Shown here one piece after another: positions 55,174 through 63,958 of a DNA stretch of 64,000 nucleotides. Each line of letters begins with the position of its first letter. Position 1 is the stretch's first letter. The stretch is taken from the sequence record MW735835.1. The stretch is one strand, 5' to 3'. Below the pieces are notes generated by a model. That model was not told the origin of the DNA, ran no database searches, and worked only from the letters and a program-made list of their open reading frames with translations. Made by a program: the position numbers and the translations under genes.

Positions 55174-56032
55174 GTTCGATACCTTTCAGGACATTGAGGT
55201 TGGACTGGAGTTCCGCACGTCCAGCTTGCTCGAGTCGAACCAGCTGCTCGGGTTCGCTCAGCGACAGCAGACCCAGGAAGTAGGGGTTGTGCTCGCTATC
55301 GAAGAAGGCGAACAGGTTCTTGCCGGCGAAGCAGTACTCGTTGAAGAACATCTTGTTCCAGCACCAGTCTTCTTCCGGGATGTCTTGCATCAGCACCGGG
55401 AACAACGGGTGTTGGATGAGCTTCACGAAGTTCAGGCCCAGCAGGCTTTCACCTTCGATCTCGGGGTAGTTGGCTACCTGATCCTTCAGCGTGGCGTAGC
55501 TGTGCAGGGCGTAGACCGGGACCATGCAGACGTTCTGCATCCAGGTCTCGAGGATGTCGCGATGCTCCTCGATGAACGGGACGGGATTGAACGGCAGCAG
55601 GTAAGGCTTGCCCGACGCAGCCAAAAGCAAGTTGATGGCCAGGTCTTCCATCTCAGGCAGATTCACCATGGAGGTGATGTAGAGATAGTCCTTCAGCATG
55701 TCCAACTTGGCTTCCAGCGAGGAGAACTTGATCTCGCACTTGATGTCCAGGTTGGTTAGGTAGGTGATCAGCACACTGCCTTTGTACTTGCTGTTGTCGT
55801 AGTCGACGATGAACTTCACGTTCTCCGAGAACTTACGCTTGAGCGTCAGCATCGGGATCGGAACGGTCACTTCGAGCACGACCAACTTGTCCCGCCACTC
55901 CTGCTCTTCTTTCAAGAGCAGTTTGTATTCCAGCTTCATGCCGAGAGACATGCTGTTCAGGCGCTCTCGGTCTTTTCTCGGATTGCCGGTCAACTTGTGC
56001 CGTTTGCGGAACTCGTCGAGTTGCTTCTCCAT
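55157..56032 (-). CDS. Hypothetical protein in the modification cluster
   Basis: AGGAG RBS; 291 aa; no motif recognised. Confidence 0.7.
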   Translation of the reverse strand: MEKQLDEFRKRHKLTGNPRKDRERLNSMSLGMKLEYKLLLKEEQEWRDKLVVLEVTVPIPMLTLKRKFSENVKFIVDYDNSKYKGSVLITYLTNLDIKCEIKFSSLEAKLDMLKDYLYITSMVNLPEMEDLAINLLLAASGKPYLLPFNPVPFIEEHRDILETWMQNVCMVPVYALHSYATLKDQVANYPEIEGESLLGLNFVKLIQHPLFPVLMQDIPEEDWCWNKMFFNEYCFAGKNLFAFFDSEHNPYFLGLLSLSEPEQLVRLEQAGRAELQSNLNVLKGIEHVPSV

Positions 56033-56044
56033 GGTGAACTCCTA

Positions 56045-56581
56045 TTACCGGCGGCCGCGAGCAGAGTGACAGCTCGTGTGGCAGCTGGTGTGACAGATGG
56101 TATTTTGCAGGGTGAGGACCTGTGCACGGCAGGCATTCTGATAAGCGCTCAGGAGAGCGTTACATGCGTTGTTATAGACGTTGAGGTCCATGTTGGTGCC
56201 TTCGGTCAGAGCGCCGAGGTTAGCACCAGAGGCGAAATCCACTCCATAGACCGTATGACCAACAGCGGTCACATCGAAGATCAGTTCCTGACCAACAGCG
56301 TAATGGGTACGCCAGATCAGGACACGGCACGTCCGAATACCACTGAATAGGTTGGCCACGTAACGAAGAACCTGGGTGGCTTGCAGTGCTTGCGGCTCAC
56401 CGGCGGTGAATTGCTCGGTAGCGAACAGTGCGCCTTTGCCACCGGTAGTGCCAGCGAACCAGCCTGGCAGGCCATTCGGCGGTACGTTGTTGGTACCCCA
56501 GGCGATACCGGCGTTCATGTTGTTGCTGAGAATCGTGTTGGCGTTGGCAGCCAGTCGACTCCGACGAATCACTTCGGTCAT
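56045..56581 (-). CDS. Candidate radical SAM substrate/precursor with C-terminal (CHxS)3-type motif
   Basis: Ends TICHTSCHTSCHSARGRR; starts 1 nt after the stop of the SPASM gene. The CDS is well supported; the substrate role is inferred. Confidence 0.7.
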   Translation of the reverse strand: MTEVIRRSRLAANANTILSNNMNAGIAWGTNNVPPNGLPGWFAGTTGGKGALFATEQFTAGEPQALQATQVLRYVANLFSGIRTCRVLIWRTHYAVGQELIFDVTAVGHTVYGVDFASGANLGALTEGTNMDLNVYNNACNALLSAYQNACRAQVLTLQNTICHTSCHTSCHSARGRR

Positions 56582-56582
56582 A

Positions 56583-57623
56583 TCACACCTTCAGAATCAG
56601 ATTGGTCTGTTGCGTTCGACCGGAGAGGTAACGCAGGGTGTTCTTGAGACCCCCACAGCGACCCTTCTGCCAAGGCAGTCGGTGACAGTCGCCCCCACAC
56701 AGATCAAACACGTCGCACGTAATGCACGTATCGCCCCAAGTCAGTTCTTTGGCTTGTTGCTCCACCCGGCCATCCGAAATAAGGAAAGCGTCGACACCAT
56801 CCTCCAAGCGTGCATGGTGCAGCTTAGCGGCAGCGTTAGGGCAACCAGACAAAGAACCGTCCGAGTTGATGGTCACCAGGTTCTGCTCGCAGTTGCGGCA
56901 GTTGGTGTCCACCTTGACGACGTTCTTCTTGAGCTTTTCCTCGAGGATGTCGAGGGTCTTGATGCGCACACGTGGCTTGCGTTCTTTGTAGCGCAGGTAC
57001 AGCGCAAGGTACCAGTTGTCCTGGTCCTCATTGTTAGGGAAGATCTCGGGGTTATCGACAGCACTGCCATCGTTGGTCAACCGTTCCAAGGACGCTTCAT
57101 CCACTGCAAAGCTGTCCAACTGGTCCATCAGCCAATCGGGCGACATGGCGATGAGTTGCTTGCTGACCGACACCTTGACATTGATGCCCACGCCGTGGGA
57201 CTTCAGGGTCTCGAGGTTCTTCTTCCATAGCTGGAACTGCTTGTCGTTGCTCCAGCGAATCCAGTGGTCCCAGCTGGTCCCAATGAATGCACCGAAGTAA
57301 TCCTTGATGAAGGCGATGTGCTCATCCGTCAACTTGAAGGTCAGGTTGCTGGCGGCACACATCGACACGTTCGGCAGATCCACGAAGTGATCAGCGAAAC
57401 GCTTGAGCTTTTCCAACGGGACCAGGAACGGTTCCCCACCATGGAACTCCATGTGGTAGTGCGTGCTCTTGGGGTACTTGGACATGAAGTCCTTCACCCA
57501 ATCGCTGACCTGGTCCGGATCGAACGGGGTCTTATCCCCGGCCTTGCCGTTGGTGAAACAATGCTGACAGTTCAGATTGCAAGTGCCCGTGGTCTTGACA
57601 TAGATGGTTTTGTAGGCGTTCAC
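56583..57623 (-). CDS. Radical SAM/SPASM-domain maturase
   Basis: CNLNCQHC, FHGGEPFL, NCRNC...GSLSGCP, CITCDVFDLCGGDC...C; GTGA overlap with the JmjC gene. Confidence 0.92.
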   Translation of the reverse strand: MNAYKTIYVKTTGTCNLNCQHCFTNGKAGDKTPFDPDQVSDWVKDFMSKYPKSTHYHMEFHGGEPFLVPLEKLKRFADHFVDLPNVSMCAASNLTFKLTDEHIAFIKDYFGAFIGTSWDHWIRWSNDKQFQLWKKNLETLKSHGVGINVKVSVSKQLIAMSPDWLMDQLDSFAVDEASLERLTNDGSAVDNPEIFPNNEDQDNWYLALYLRYKERKPRVRIKTLDILEEKLKKNVVKVDTNCRNCEQNLVTINSDGSLSGCPNAAAKLHHARLEDGVDAFLISDGRVEQQAKELTWGDTCITCDVFDLCGGDCHRLPWQKGRCGGLKNTLRYLSGRTQQTNLILKV

Positions 57624-58126
57624 AGCTTCGCTTCCAAAAAGAGTTCCAAGCCGAAACTAATCATCAGGGAACTGTCGACATTGATGGCCTGGTGAAGTTC
57701 ACCACGCGGAATATGGATGCTGTCCCCGGCAGTGAGTTCGATCTCGCCATCAGGGAACTTGAAAACTTTACGGCCTTCGACCATGTAGATGACGACGTCA
57801 TCTAGGTCTGTGTGCATCGGGAAGCTGACGCCCCCTTTCGGCGAAATGAAAAGATGAGCGCTCACTGGCCCCACGTGTCCGAAATGCGCAGCAAGCCGCG
57901 CACAGTTCTGGAACATGGTGGCATTGAGGCGCTCGATCCCTTCGATCTTGACCGGGCAATCGCTGTTCTCCAGGAAGTCAGACTGACTGTAGAGGTCGAA
58001 CGATTGCGCGTTCTTGATGTATTTCACCAGGCACTGCTCGTACAGATGCGGGCTTGACAGCAGAAGGTCCACATCGAGAAGCTCAGGAGTGATCCCCTCG
58101 AATTGAAAACCAAGACGTTCGAACAT
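57620..58126 (-). CDS. JmjC/cupin-type Fe(II)/2OG hydroxylase
   Basis: SFPMHTDLDDV (HxD), MVEGRKVF, GDSIHIPRGELHQA (distal His); start ATG 58126 with GAGGG RBS. Confidence 0.8.
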   Translation of the reverse strand: MFERLGFQFEGITPELLDVDLLLSSPHLYEQCLVKYIKNAQSFDLYSQSDFLENSDCPVKIEGIERLNATMFQNCARLAAHFGHVGPVSAHLFISPKGGVSFPMHTDLDDVVIYMVEGRKVFKFPDGEIELTAGDSIHIPRGELHQAINVDSSLMISFGLELFLEAKL

Positions 58127-58173
58127 GTTCAAGCCCTCTCTGAAGTTGGTGTCTATAGGATTGCCTAGAAGGA

Positions 58174-59748
58174 TCAATCCTGCCAGAGCGGCGGCCAGAC
58201 CTGCTGCCAGACACTGTTCACGGAGGCGTACAGACGGCCACCGGCGTTCAGCAGGGCAATGGTCGGATCGCTACCCAGGTTCGGGTCATTAGCCCCCGGA
58301 GCAGCGAAGCCGGTCCAGGTAGCCGGCCACAGTTGGCGCCAGGCACCAGAGATGTAACCTTGCAGGGTGCTACCCACTACACGAAGCGAGGTGTTCTGCG
58401 AGACGTTGATCTTCACATAACGCGAATCGTGGTCACCCGACTGCACGTGATCGTACATCCCGCCTGCGGTGAGCAGGTAGGCATCGGAGTTCAGCGTACG
58501 GGAACGAGTGATGGCGTTCGGCAGGTTGCCGAGGCCCACTTGTGCCTTGGTCGTTTGGTGCGGGTTGTTGAGGTTGGACACGTGGGAGTTGATCAGGTTA
58601 CCGGCGATTGCGTCGATGGCCTGCTTGGTCCGCAGAGGTGTCATGAACCGGTCATTGAGAACACCGGCTACCGCTTCGGCTTGGGTGGCGGTCTGGAAGT
58701 TGTCTACCAGGCCCAGGCCCACCTGTGCTTTCGTGGTGTTGTGCGGGTTGTTCTTATCGTTGACGTGGTTCTGGATGAGGGTACCGGCGTGGACCATGAT
58801 GGCCTGGTAAGTGCGCTGCGGCGTCATGAACGCGTTAGCAGCAGTACCGGCTTCGGCTTGAGCCTGGGTCGCTGTCGGGAAGTTGTCCACGCTACCGAGC
58901 CCGACTTGGGCCTTGGTGGTATTGTGGGGGTTGTTCTTGTCCGCGATGTGCGTGTCGACGGCTTCATTGGCCAGACGAGCAGCAAGCACTGCCACCAGAC
59001 TCGGGGTCATGTACTTGTTGTTCACGACACCGGCCAGCGCTTCTGCGTTGGTGGCGATACCGTAGTTCTCGACCGAACCCAACCCTACCTGCGCCTTGGT
59101 GGTGCGGTGTGGGTTGTTGAAGTCGTTCAGGTGCGCATCGACTTTGTCATCCAGAGCATCGATGTTCGCCTGGAGCTGGTCACGGATGAATTGCATCTGT
59201 TGACGCAGTTCGTCGTGAGACGCCTCATCACCCACCAGGATGGCATTGGTGATGCGTTCCAGCTGCCATACGACGTATTCCCAGCCATAGCTGTCGCCGA
59301 TGTCGTGGATGTGCGGAGCCGGCGGGTAAGCCGTCGGACGACCGATGATCGAACCCCACTTGATGGGGCGTTCATCGAGGTCCAGCTCAGCGATGAGGTC
59401 AGCCAGGGCACCCAGGTTCCAGGAGTACTCGCCACCGACGACTTGGTAGTCCATGCGGACTGCAACCGGGGCTTGTACCTTCAGAACGACGGCACACTGC
59501 ACGTCCTTGCCGCTGCGCAGAGAAGCTTGAGCGAATGGTTGAGCGAGCACGTAGTCGTCGACCGGAATCAACGGCTCACCGGTGTCGTCGTTGACCAGGA
59601 CCATGCTCTCAGTGTAGAACGGGCCAGCCTTGGGAACGAAGACCCGCTCGTTGTTGGCGGAGATCTCTCGGCGTTCCCCGACGATCTTGTTCGTCGGCGA
59701 GGTACCCTTGAGATCAAGAGGGTACTGAATGATCGGTGGTACTGGCAT
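58174..59748 (-). CDS. Tail fibre protein with four H-x5-NPH-x-TTKAQVGLG repeats
   Basis: Phage-tail-repeat motif present 4 times; N-terminal QYPLDLKGT paralogous to 59817..62210. Confidence 0.8.
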   Translation of the reverse strand: MPVPPIIQYPLDLKGTSPTNKIVGERREISANNERVFVPKAGPFYTESMVLVNDDTGEPLIPVDDYVLAQPFAQASLRSGKDVQCAVVLKVQAPVAVRMDYQVVGGEYSWNLGALADLIAELDLDERPIKWGSIIGRPTAYPPAPHIHDIGDSYGWEYVVWQLERITNAILVGDEASHDELRQQMQFIRDQLQANIDALDDKVDAHLNDFNNPHRTTKAQVGLGSVENYGIATNAEALAGVVNNKYMTPSLVAVLAARLANEAVDTHIADKNNPHNTTKAQVGLGSVDNFPTATQAQAEAGTAANAFMTPQRTYQAIMVHAGTLIQNHVNDKNNPHNTTKAQVGLGLVDNFQTATQAEAVAGVLNDRFMTPLRTKQAIDAIAGNLINSHVSNLNNPHQTTKAQVGLGNLPNAITRSRTLNSDAYLLTAGGMYDHVQSGDHDSRYVKINVSQNTSLRVVGSTLQGYISGAWRQLWPATWTGFAAPGANDPNLGSDPTIALLNAGGRLYASVNSVWQQVWPPLWQD

Positions 59749-59816
59749 GGATTACTCCATTTCCTAAAAGGGGATCGAATAATGACACGCTCCGCCGAAA
59801 CGGAGCGTGTTCATGG

Positions 59817-62210
59817 TCAGGCGAACAGGTTGGTCATCGCGTTATCGATAACCGAGATCAGCCCATCGCAGAGCAGACCAATGTCGTTGTCCACCTTGGC
59901 CGCGGTCGATTTCGGAGTCATGTACAGGTTGGTCGCAGTGCCAGTTACAGCTTGAGCGTCAGTCGCCGTACCGTAGTTGTTGACGCTGCCGAGGCCCACC
60001 TGAGCCTTCGTCACTTGCATCGGGTTGTCCCGACGGGCAATGAAGGTTTGCAGGGCTTCGATATCTGCCGAACCGTCAGCGATGACTTCCGGGTACACGA
60101 TGCCAGCAGGTTCTACACGGATCAGATCCGCGACATCTTCCCACACGGGGTATTCAGCCCCAACGAACCGCTTGAAGGACAGTTCGGTGATGGTCAGACG
60201 GTTACGCGAACCGGTGGACTTCAGCCACACTTCCATGATCGCATCGGTACCGGTGCCCACAGCCAGCACACCGATCTCGATGGGCTTGTCGGCAGGCGAC
60301 AGATGCTTGACCGAGGCACCCTTGAGCACCATCAGGAACGGACCAGCGCCATCGATGTTGTCGTACACCGCACCGATCTCTACCAGCACCGTGTGGTGTT
60401 TGAAATCACCGAGGCTATCGTCGTCACGACCACCGCTGATCAACAGGGTCAGGTCAGCAGTCAGGTCTTCAGCAGTGTTGCTGAAATGACCCAGCTTGAC
60501 CCAGTTCGTTGGCGCCTGGACTTCGTTGCCCACGTCATCGAACAGCTGCGGCATCGGCGGTACATCCCACTGGATGGAACTGCCTTCCACGGCCGTGGCC
60601 ATGTCTGCCTTAACCTGAGCGTAGGTCTTGCCGTCGAACTTGCTGGTGTCGGCCGCTTTACCGGTCAGGATGTCGGTTTTGGCTTCGAGGTAGGTCTTAC
60701 CTTCGAACTTCAGCGCGTTACCCGCAGTCTGGGTGGCCAGCCAAGCGATCATCTCTGCCTGACTCATGCCGTAGACACGGTTGGAGTTGGCAGCGGTGTC
60801 GTTCAGCCCGATCTTGTCCTCGAGGAGGGTATCGATCTCTTGCTCGGTGTACGTGCCGACCTGTGCAGCGGTCACCCGGTGTGGGTTGGTGTAGTCGGTC
60901 ACGTGAGCATTGGAGCTGTCACCCACAAGTTCGTTGATCGCATAACGCACCTGGAGCGGGGTCATGTAACGATCGTTGGCAGTGGCTGCCCGAGACTCGG
61001 CTTCCGTAGCGATGCCGTAGTTCTGAACGAGGCCCAGACCTACTTGTGCTTTGGTAGTGCCGTGTGGGTTGTTGAAGTTGTTGACGTGATCGCTCACGCC
61101 CGAACCAACGGTCTGGCTCAGCACCAGCGCCAGCAGACGCGGGGTGATGATGCCGGAGTCATCCACGCCCGACAGGGCCGCAGAGTCACTGGCAACGGGG
61201 ATGTTCGGGACGTTACCCAGACCTACCTGAGCCTTGGTCGTTTGGTGCGGGTTGTTCTTATCGGCAACGTGAGCATCGAAGGCATTGCCAATGATGGCGA
61301 CGATGGCCTCACGGACACGAACCGGGGTCATGTAACGGGCAGCGGATGCACCGGCCTCGGCTTCTGCCTGAGTGGCGATCGCGTAGTTCTGCACGTTACC
61401 CAGGCCGACCTGAGTCTTGGTGACCTGGTGAGGATTGTTCATGTCGGCCATGTGCAGGTTGAGGTTTGCCTGCGCGGTCGCATCGATCAGCTGCTTGACG
61501 CGCAGCGGCGTCATGAAGCGATTGTTCGCTGTACCGGTGGTCGCTTCACCAACGGTAGCCGTCGGGAAGTTATCGACCAGACCCAGACCCACTTGGGCCT
61601 TGGTCACATCGTGCGGGTTACTCTTGTCCGCCAAGTGGTCAGCCAGGCCGCCAGCGTTCTTCATCAGAATCGCTTGTTCGATGTCACCCAGTTCGTCGAC
61701 CACTTCCGACATGCCGACGAAATCGTCGATATTGAAGTCGTGGTTGACCACCGGGAACTGATGCGGCAATTCGACGACCTGTTCCCAGGTGCCGATACGC
61801 GGGTTGAAGGCGACGTTGAGCAGCAGCTCGCTGTACTTCTGATCATCGAGCACCCACTCGCCGCCGATGTTCTGGTATTCCATCCGCAGCTGACCGGCCA
61901 AGTTGCGGTCATAGAACGTGATGGCACCGTAGACGGGCAGTCCAATGGTATGCGATGCGTGAGCGAAGTGGTAACCGAAGTTATAGTGCACGCCCTCTTC
62001 GAGGGCCTGACCTAGTGCCGGATTGTTGGTGTTGGCTCCAGCCGGATAGAGGCGGAGTTTAACGCTTTCGGCATAAAACGGGCCACTGCGCGGAATGATG
62101 TAATAATGGTCGAACATCCCACGAGATTGGATCTGTTGGGTTTCGACCACCTTATTCGTCGCCGCAGTCCCCGTCGGATCGAAAGGGTATTGTGGAAGGA
62201 CAGTACTCAT
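59817..62210 (-). CDS. Tail fibre protein with 5-6 NPH-x-(V/T)TKAQVGLG repeats
   Basis: Repeats visible in the translation; QYPFDPTGT N-terminus; K(F/L)xGKT motifs. Confidence 0.8.
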   Translation of the reverse strand: MSTVLPQYPFDPTGTAATNKVVETQQIQSRGMFDHYYIIPRSGPFYAESVKLRLYPAGANTNNPALGQALEEGVHYNFGYHFAHASHTIGLPVYGAITFYDRNLAGQLRMEYQNIGGEWVLDDQKYSELLLNVAFNPRIGTWEQVVELPHQFPVVNHDFNIDDFVGMSEVVDELGDIEQAILMKNAGGLADHLADKSNPHDVTKAQVGLGLVDNFPTATVGEATTGTANNRFMTPLRVKQLIDATAQANLNLHMADMNNPHQVTKTQVGLGNVQNYAIATQAEAEAGASAARYMTPVRVREAIVAIIGNAFDAHVADKNNPHQTTKAQVGLGNVPNIPVASDSAALSGVDDSGIITPRLLALVLSQTVGSGVSDHVNNFNNPHGTTKAQVGLGLVQNYGIATEAESRAATANDRYMTPLQVRYAINELVGDSSNAHVTDYTNPHRVTAAQVGTYTEQEIDTLLEDKIGLNDTAANSNRVYGMSQAEMIAWLATQTAGNALKFEGKTYLEAKTDILTGKAADTSKFDGKTYAQVKADMATAVEGSSIQWDVPPMPQLFDDVGNEVQAPTNWVKLGHFSNTAEDLTADLTLLISGGRDDDSLGDFKHHTVLVEIGAVYDNIDGAGPFLMVLKGASVKHLSPADKPIEIGVLAVGTGTDAIMEVWLKSTGSRNRLTITELSFKRFVGAEYPVWEDVADLIRVEPAGIVYPEVIADGSADIEALQTFIARRDNPMQVTKAQVGLGSVNNYGTATDAQAVTGTATNLYMTPKSTAAKVDNDIGLLCDGLISVIDNAMTNLFA

Positions 62211-62352
62211 TTAAGCTCTCCGTGGGGGAACTCCATCGGTTTCAAATAGCCGCGTGGAAGGCCTCGAAATCTGAGTCATTCTTTAAAAACAAAGTCTGTT
62301 TAATATTGGATATCAAACAACTGGCATACCATTATCGTGGGAGACTCGATAA

Positions 62353-63654
62353 ATGTACGAATACCAAGGCGCTTTGGTCAAGCACCGTAAGCCTGACGTC
62401 CGCTTTGAAGAAAAGGACGTGAAGGATATCGCGGTCAAGACCCTCCTGCGTGATTATGCCGAGGTCTACCTCACCCTGACTCATCCGAGTCTGGAAGGGA
62501 AACACACCCTCGTGTTGACCGAAGTGGCAGACCGGACAGGCAGCCTTCTCGAAACCACCACCGTAGCGCAGTGGTTGGTCGATAACGGCAATCTGACCCT
62601 GCCCACGCACGAAGGAATCCCATTCACCAAGACCAGTGTCGTCATGGCGCGTGATGCCTGGATGGCAGGGTATCGGGTGGATCGCTGCATCCCCAATGGT
62701 TCTCCGTTCAACGACGCCATTGACTCGGACAAGACCGACATCTGGCTGACTCGCGACGACACCGACTACGTGGATGTCCAACGCCACTGCTTGGGCACAG
62801 TCAACGGCCTGTTCCACCGGGTGGATGCAGACAACGATGGCGTCTACCTGAAAGACGGCGGTATCACGTTCCGTAAAACCCAGAACGCGCTGGTCGGTCT
62901 GGTGAGTTTCAAGAACATCGGTCGAGTGCACACTGCCAGCATCACGCCGGACATGGTGTACAACCCCGACATCACCAAGCGTTACTCGGACAACTTCTAC
63001 CTGAAGGTCCCGTTCGACACCAGCAACAAGGTAATGGGCATCGTGATCGGTGGTTACCTGCATCTGCACACCAACGACATCCAAGTCATCGGCGGCAATG
63101 CGATGAAGGTACGCATGAACAAGATCCCGTTCCTGGATCGTTACATGGTTTCGCGCTACCTGATCGACCAGTCGTCTATGGAACGCTTCCACGAGGTGTC
63201 GGCCACCAACGAATTGGACTATGACCTGCAAGGGTTCCTGTCCAATGAATGCATGTTGGAACTGTTGACCCTGAGTCAGTCGTTCATCGTTGGTATCGAA
63301 GTGGATCATCTGACCACCAAGGTGTTCCAGACCTCGCGCACTCATCTGCCGGGTCGGTTCTACCATGACCAACGTCCCCTGCTGCCGCTGCGTACCCAAC
63401 TGGGCCTGATGCCCTCGTACATCAGTGAAGAAGAGAACGGTGTCTGGGTTATCCGGGTGGACAACAACCTGCAACAACACCGCTTCATGAACACCCGTGA
63501 TTACAGCCTCCAACCCAAGGTCGATGAGAAACGCATCTCCTCGGAACCGGAGACGCTGGCCCGCGGCGAACTCGTACAGTGGGCAACCCACACGGTCGAG
63601 ATCAAGGTTCCTGAAGTGCAAGTCCCGGCAGACATCCTGCCAATCGTGCCCTAA
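62353..63654 (+). CDS. Virion structural protein (phiKZ-like)
   Basis: 433-aa biased ORF divergent from the fibre genes; the structural role is inferred from context. Confidence 0.55.
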   Translation: MYEYQGALVKHRKPDVRFEEKDVKDIAVKTLLRDYAEVYLTLTHPSLEGKHTLVLTEVADRTGSLLETTTVAQWLVDNGNLTLPTHEGIPFTKTSVVMARDAWMAGYRVDRCIPNGSPFNDAIDSDKTDIWLTRDDTDYVDVQRHCLGTVNGLFHRVDADNDGVYLKDGGITFRKTQNALVGLVSFKNIGRVHTASITPDMVYNPDITKRYSDNFYLKVPFDTSNKVMGIVIGGYLHLHTNDIQVIGGNAMKVRMNKIPFLDRYMVSRYLIDQSSMERFHEVSATNELDYDLQGFLSNECMLELLTLSQSFIVGIEVDHLTTKVFQTSRTHLPGRFYHDQRPLLPLRTQLGLMPSYISEEENGVWVIRVDNNLQQHRFMNTRDYSLQPKVDEKRISSEPETLARGELVQWATHTVEIKVPEVQVPADILPIVP

Positions 63655-63655
63655 C

Positions 63656-63690
63656 GGCAAAAGAGGAGGGCCAGTGGCCCTCCTCTATGC
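63656..63690. terminator. CTCTATG-family hairpin between convergent genes
   Basis: agaggagggcc-agt-ggccctcctctatgc. Confidence 0.7.
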
Positions 63691-63694
63691 TGTC

Positions 63695-63958
63695 TTACGG
63701 GATGTCCATATCACTGGAGCCTGTGGCTCCGTGGCCGCACGAGGCGACGCTTCCGACCCGAGTCACGGGAATGCCATTGATCGTCATCCAAGGACTTGCT
63801 GTGGAGATTACAGGGGCGTTGTGAGGGGGTTGTCCGTGGCCACTGACGCCATCACCCAGCAACGAGATGGGTTTACCGTTCCAGGTCCAATTGGGAGCGC
63901 CTGGTCCAGTGATCACAGCGCCAGCAGAGTCGGCTCCGACTAACGATACGATGCCCAT
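63695..63958 (-). CDS. PAAR-like tail spike tip protein
   Basis: NGKPISLLGDGVSGHG...PH...INGIPVTRVGSVASCGH, a PAAR-type fold with His/Cys metal ligands. Confidence 0.85.
   Translation of the reverse strand: MGIVSLVGADSAGAVITGPGAPNWTWNGKPISLLGDGVSGHGQPPHNAPVISTASPWMTINGIPVTRVGSVASCGHGATGSSDMDIP

Noticed and set aside
47236-58126. Interpretation as a DNA hypermodification, queuosine or cofactor (PQQ, mycofactocin, heme) pathway
   Set aside because: No QueC/QueD/FolE, glycosyltransferase, PqqA/MftA-like peptide or base-transferase genes are present. SPASM-type cysteines, the adjacent Cys-motif protein and late-gene context favour protein modification. It is disfavoured, not excluded.
58174-62210. 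Regularly spaced DNA repeats suggestive of a CRISPR array
   Set aside because: They are degenerate in-frame coding repeats of tail-fibre proteins; no identical direct repeats and no cas genes.
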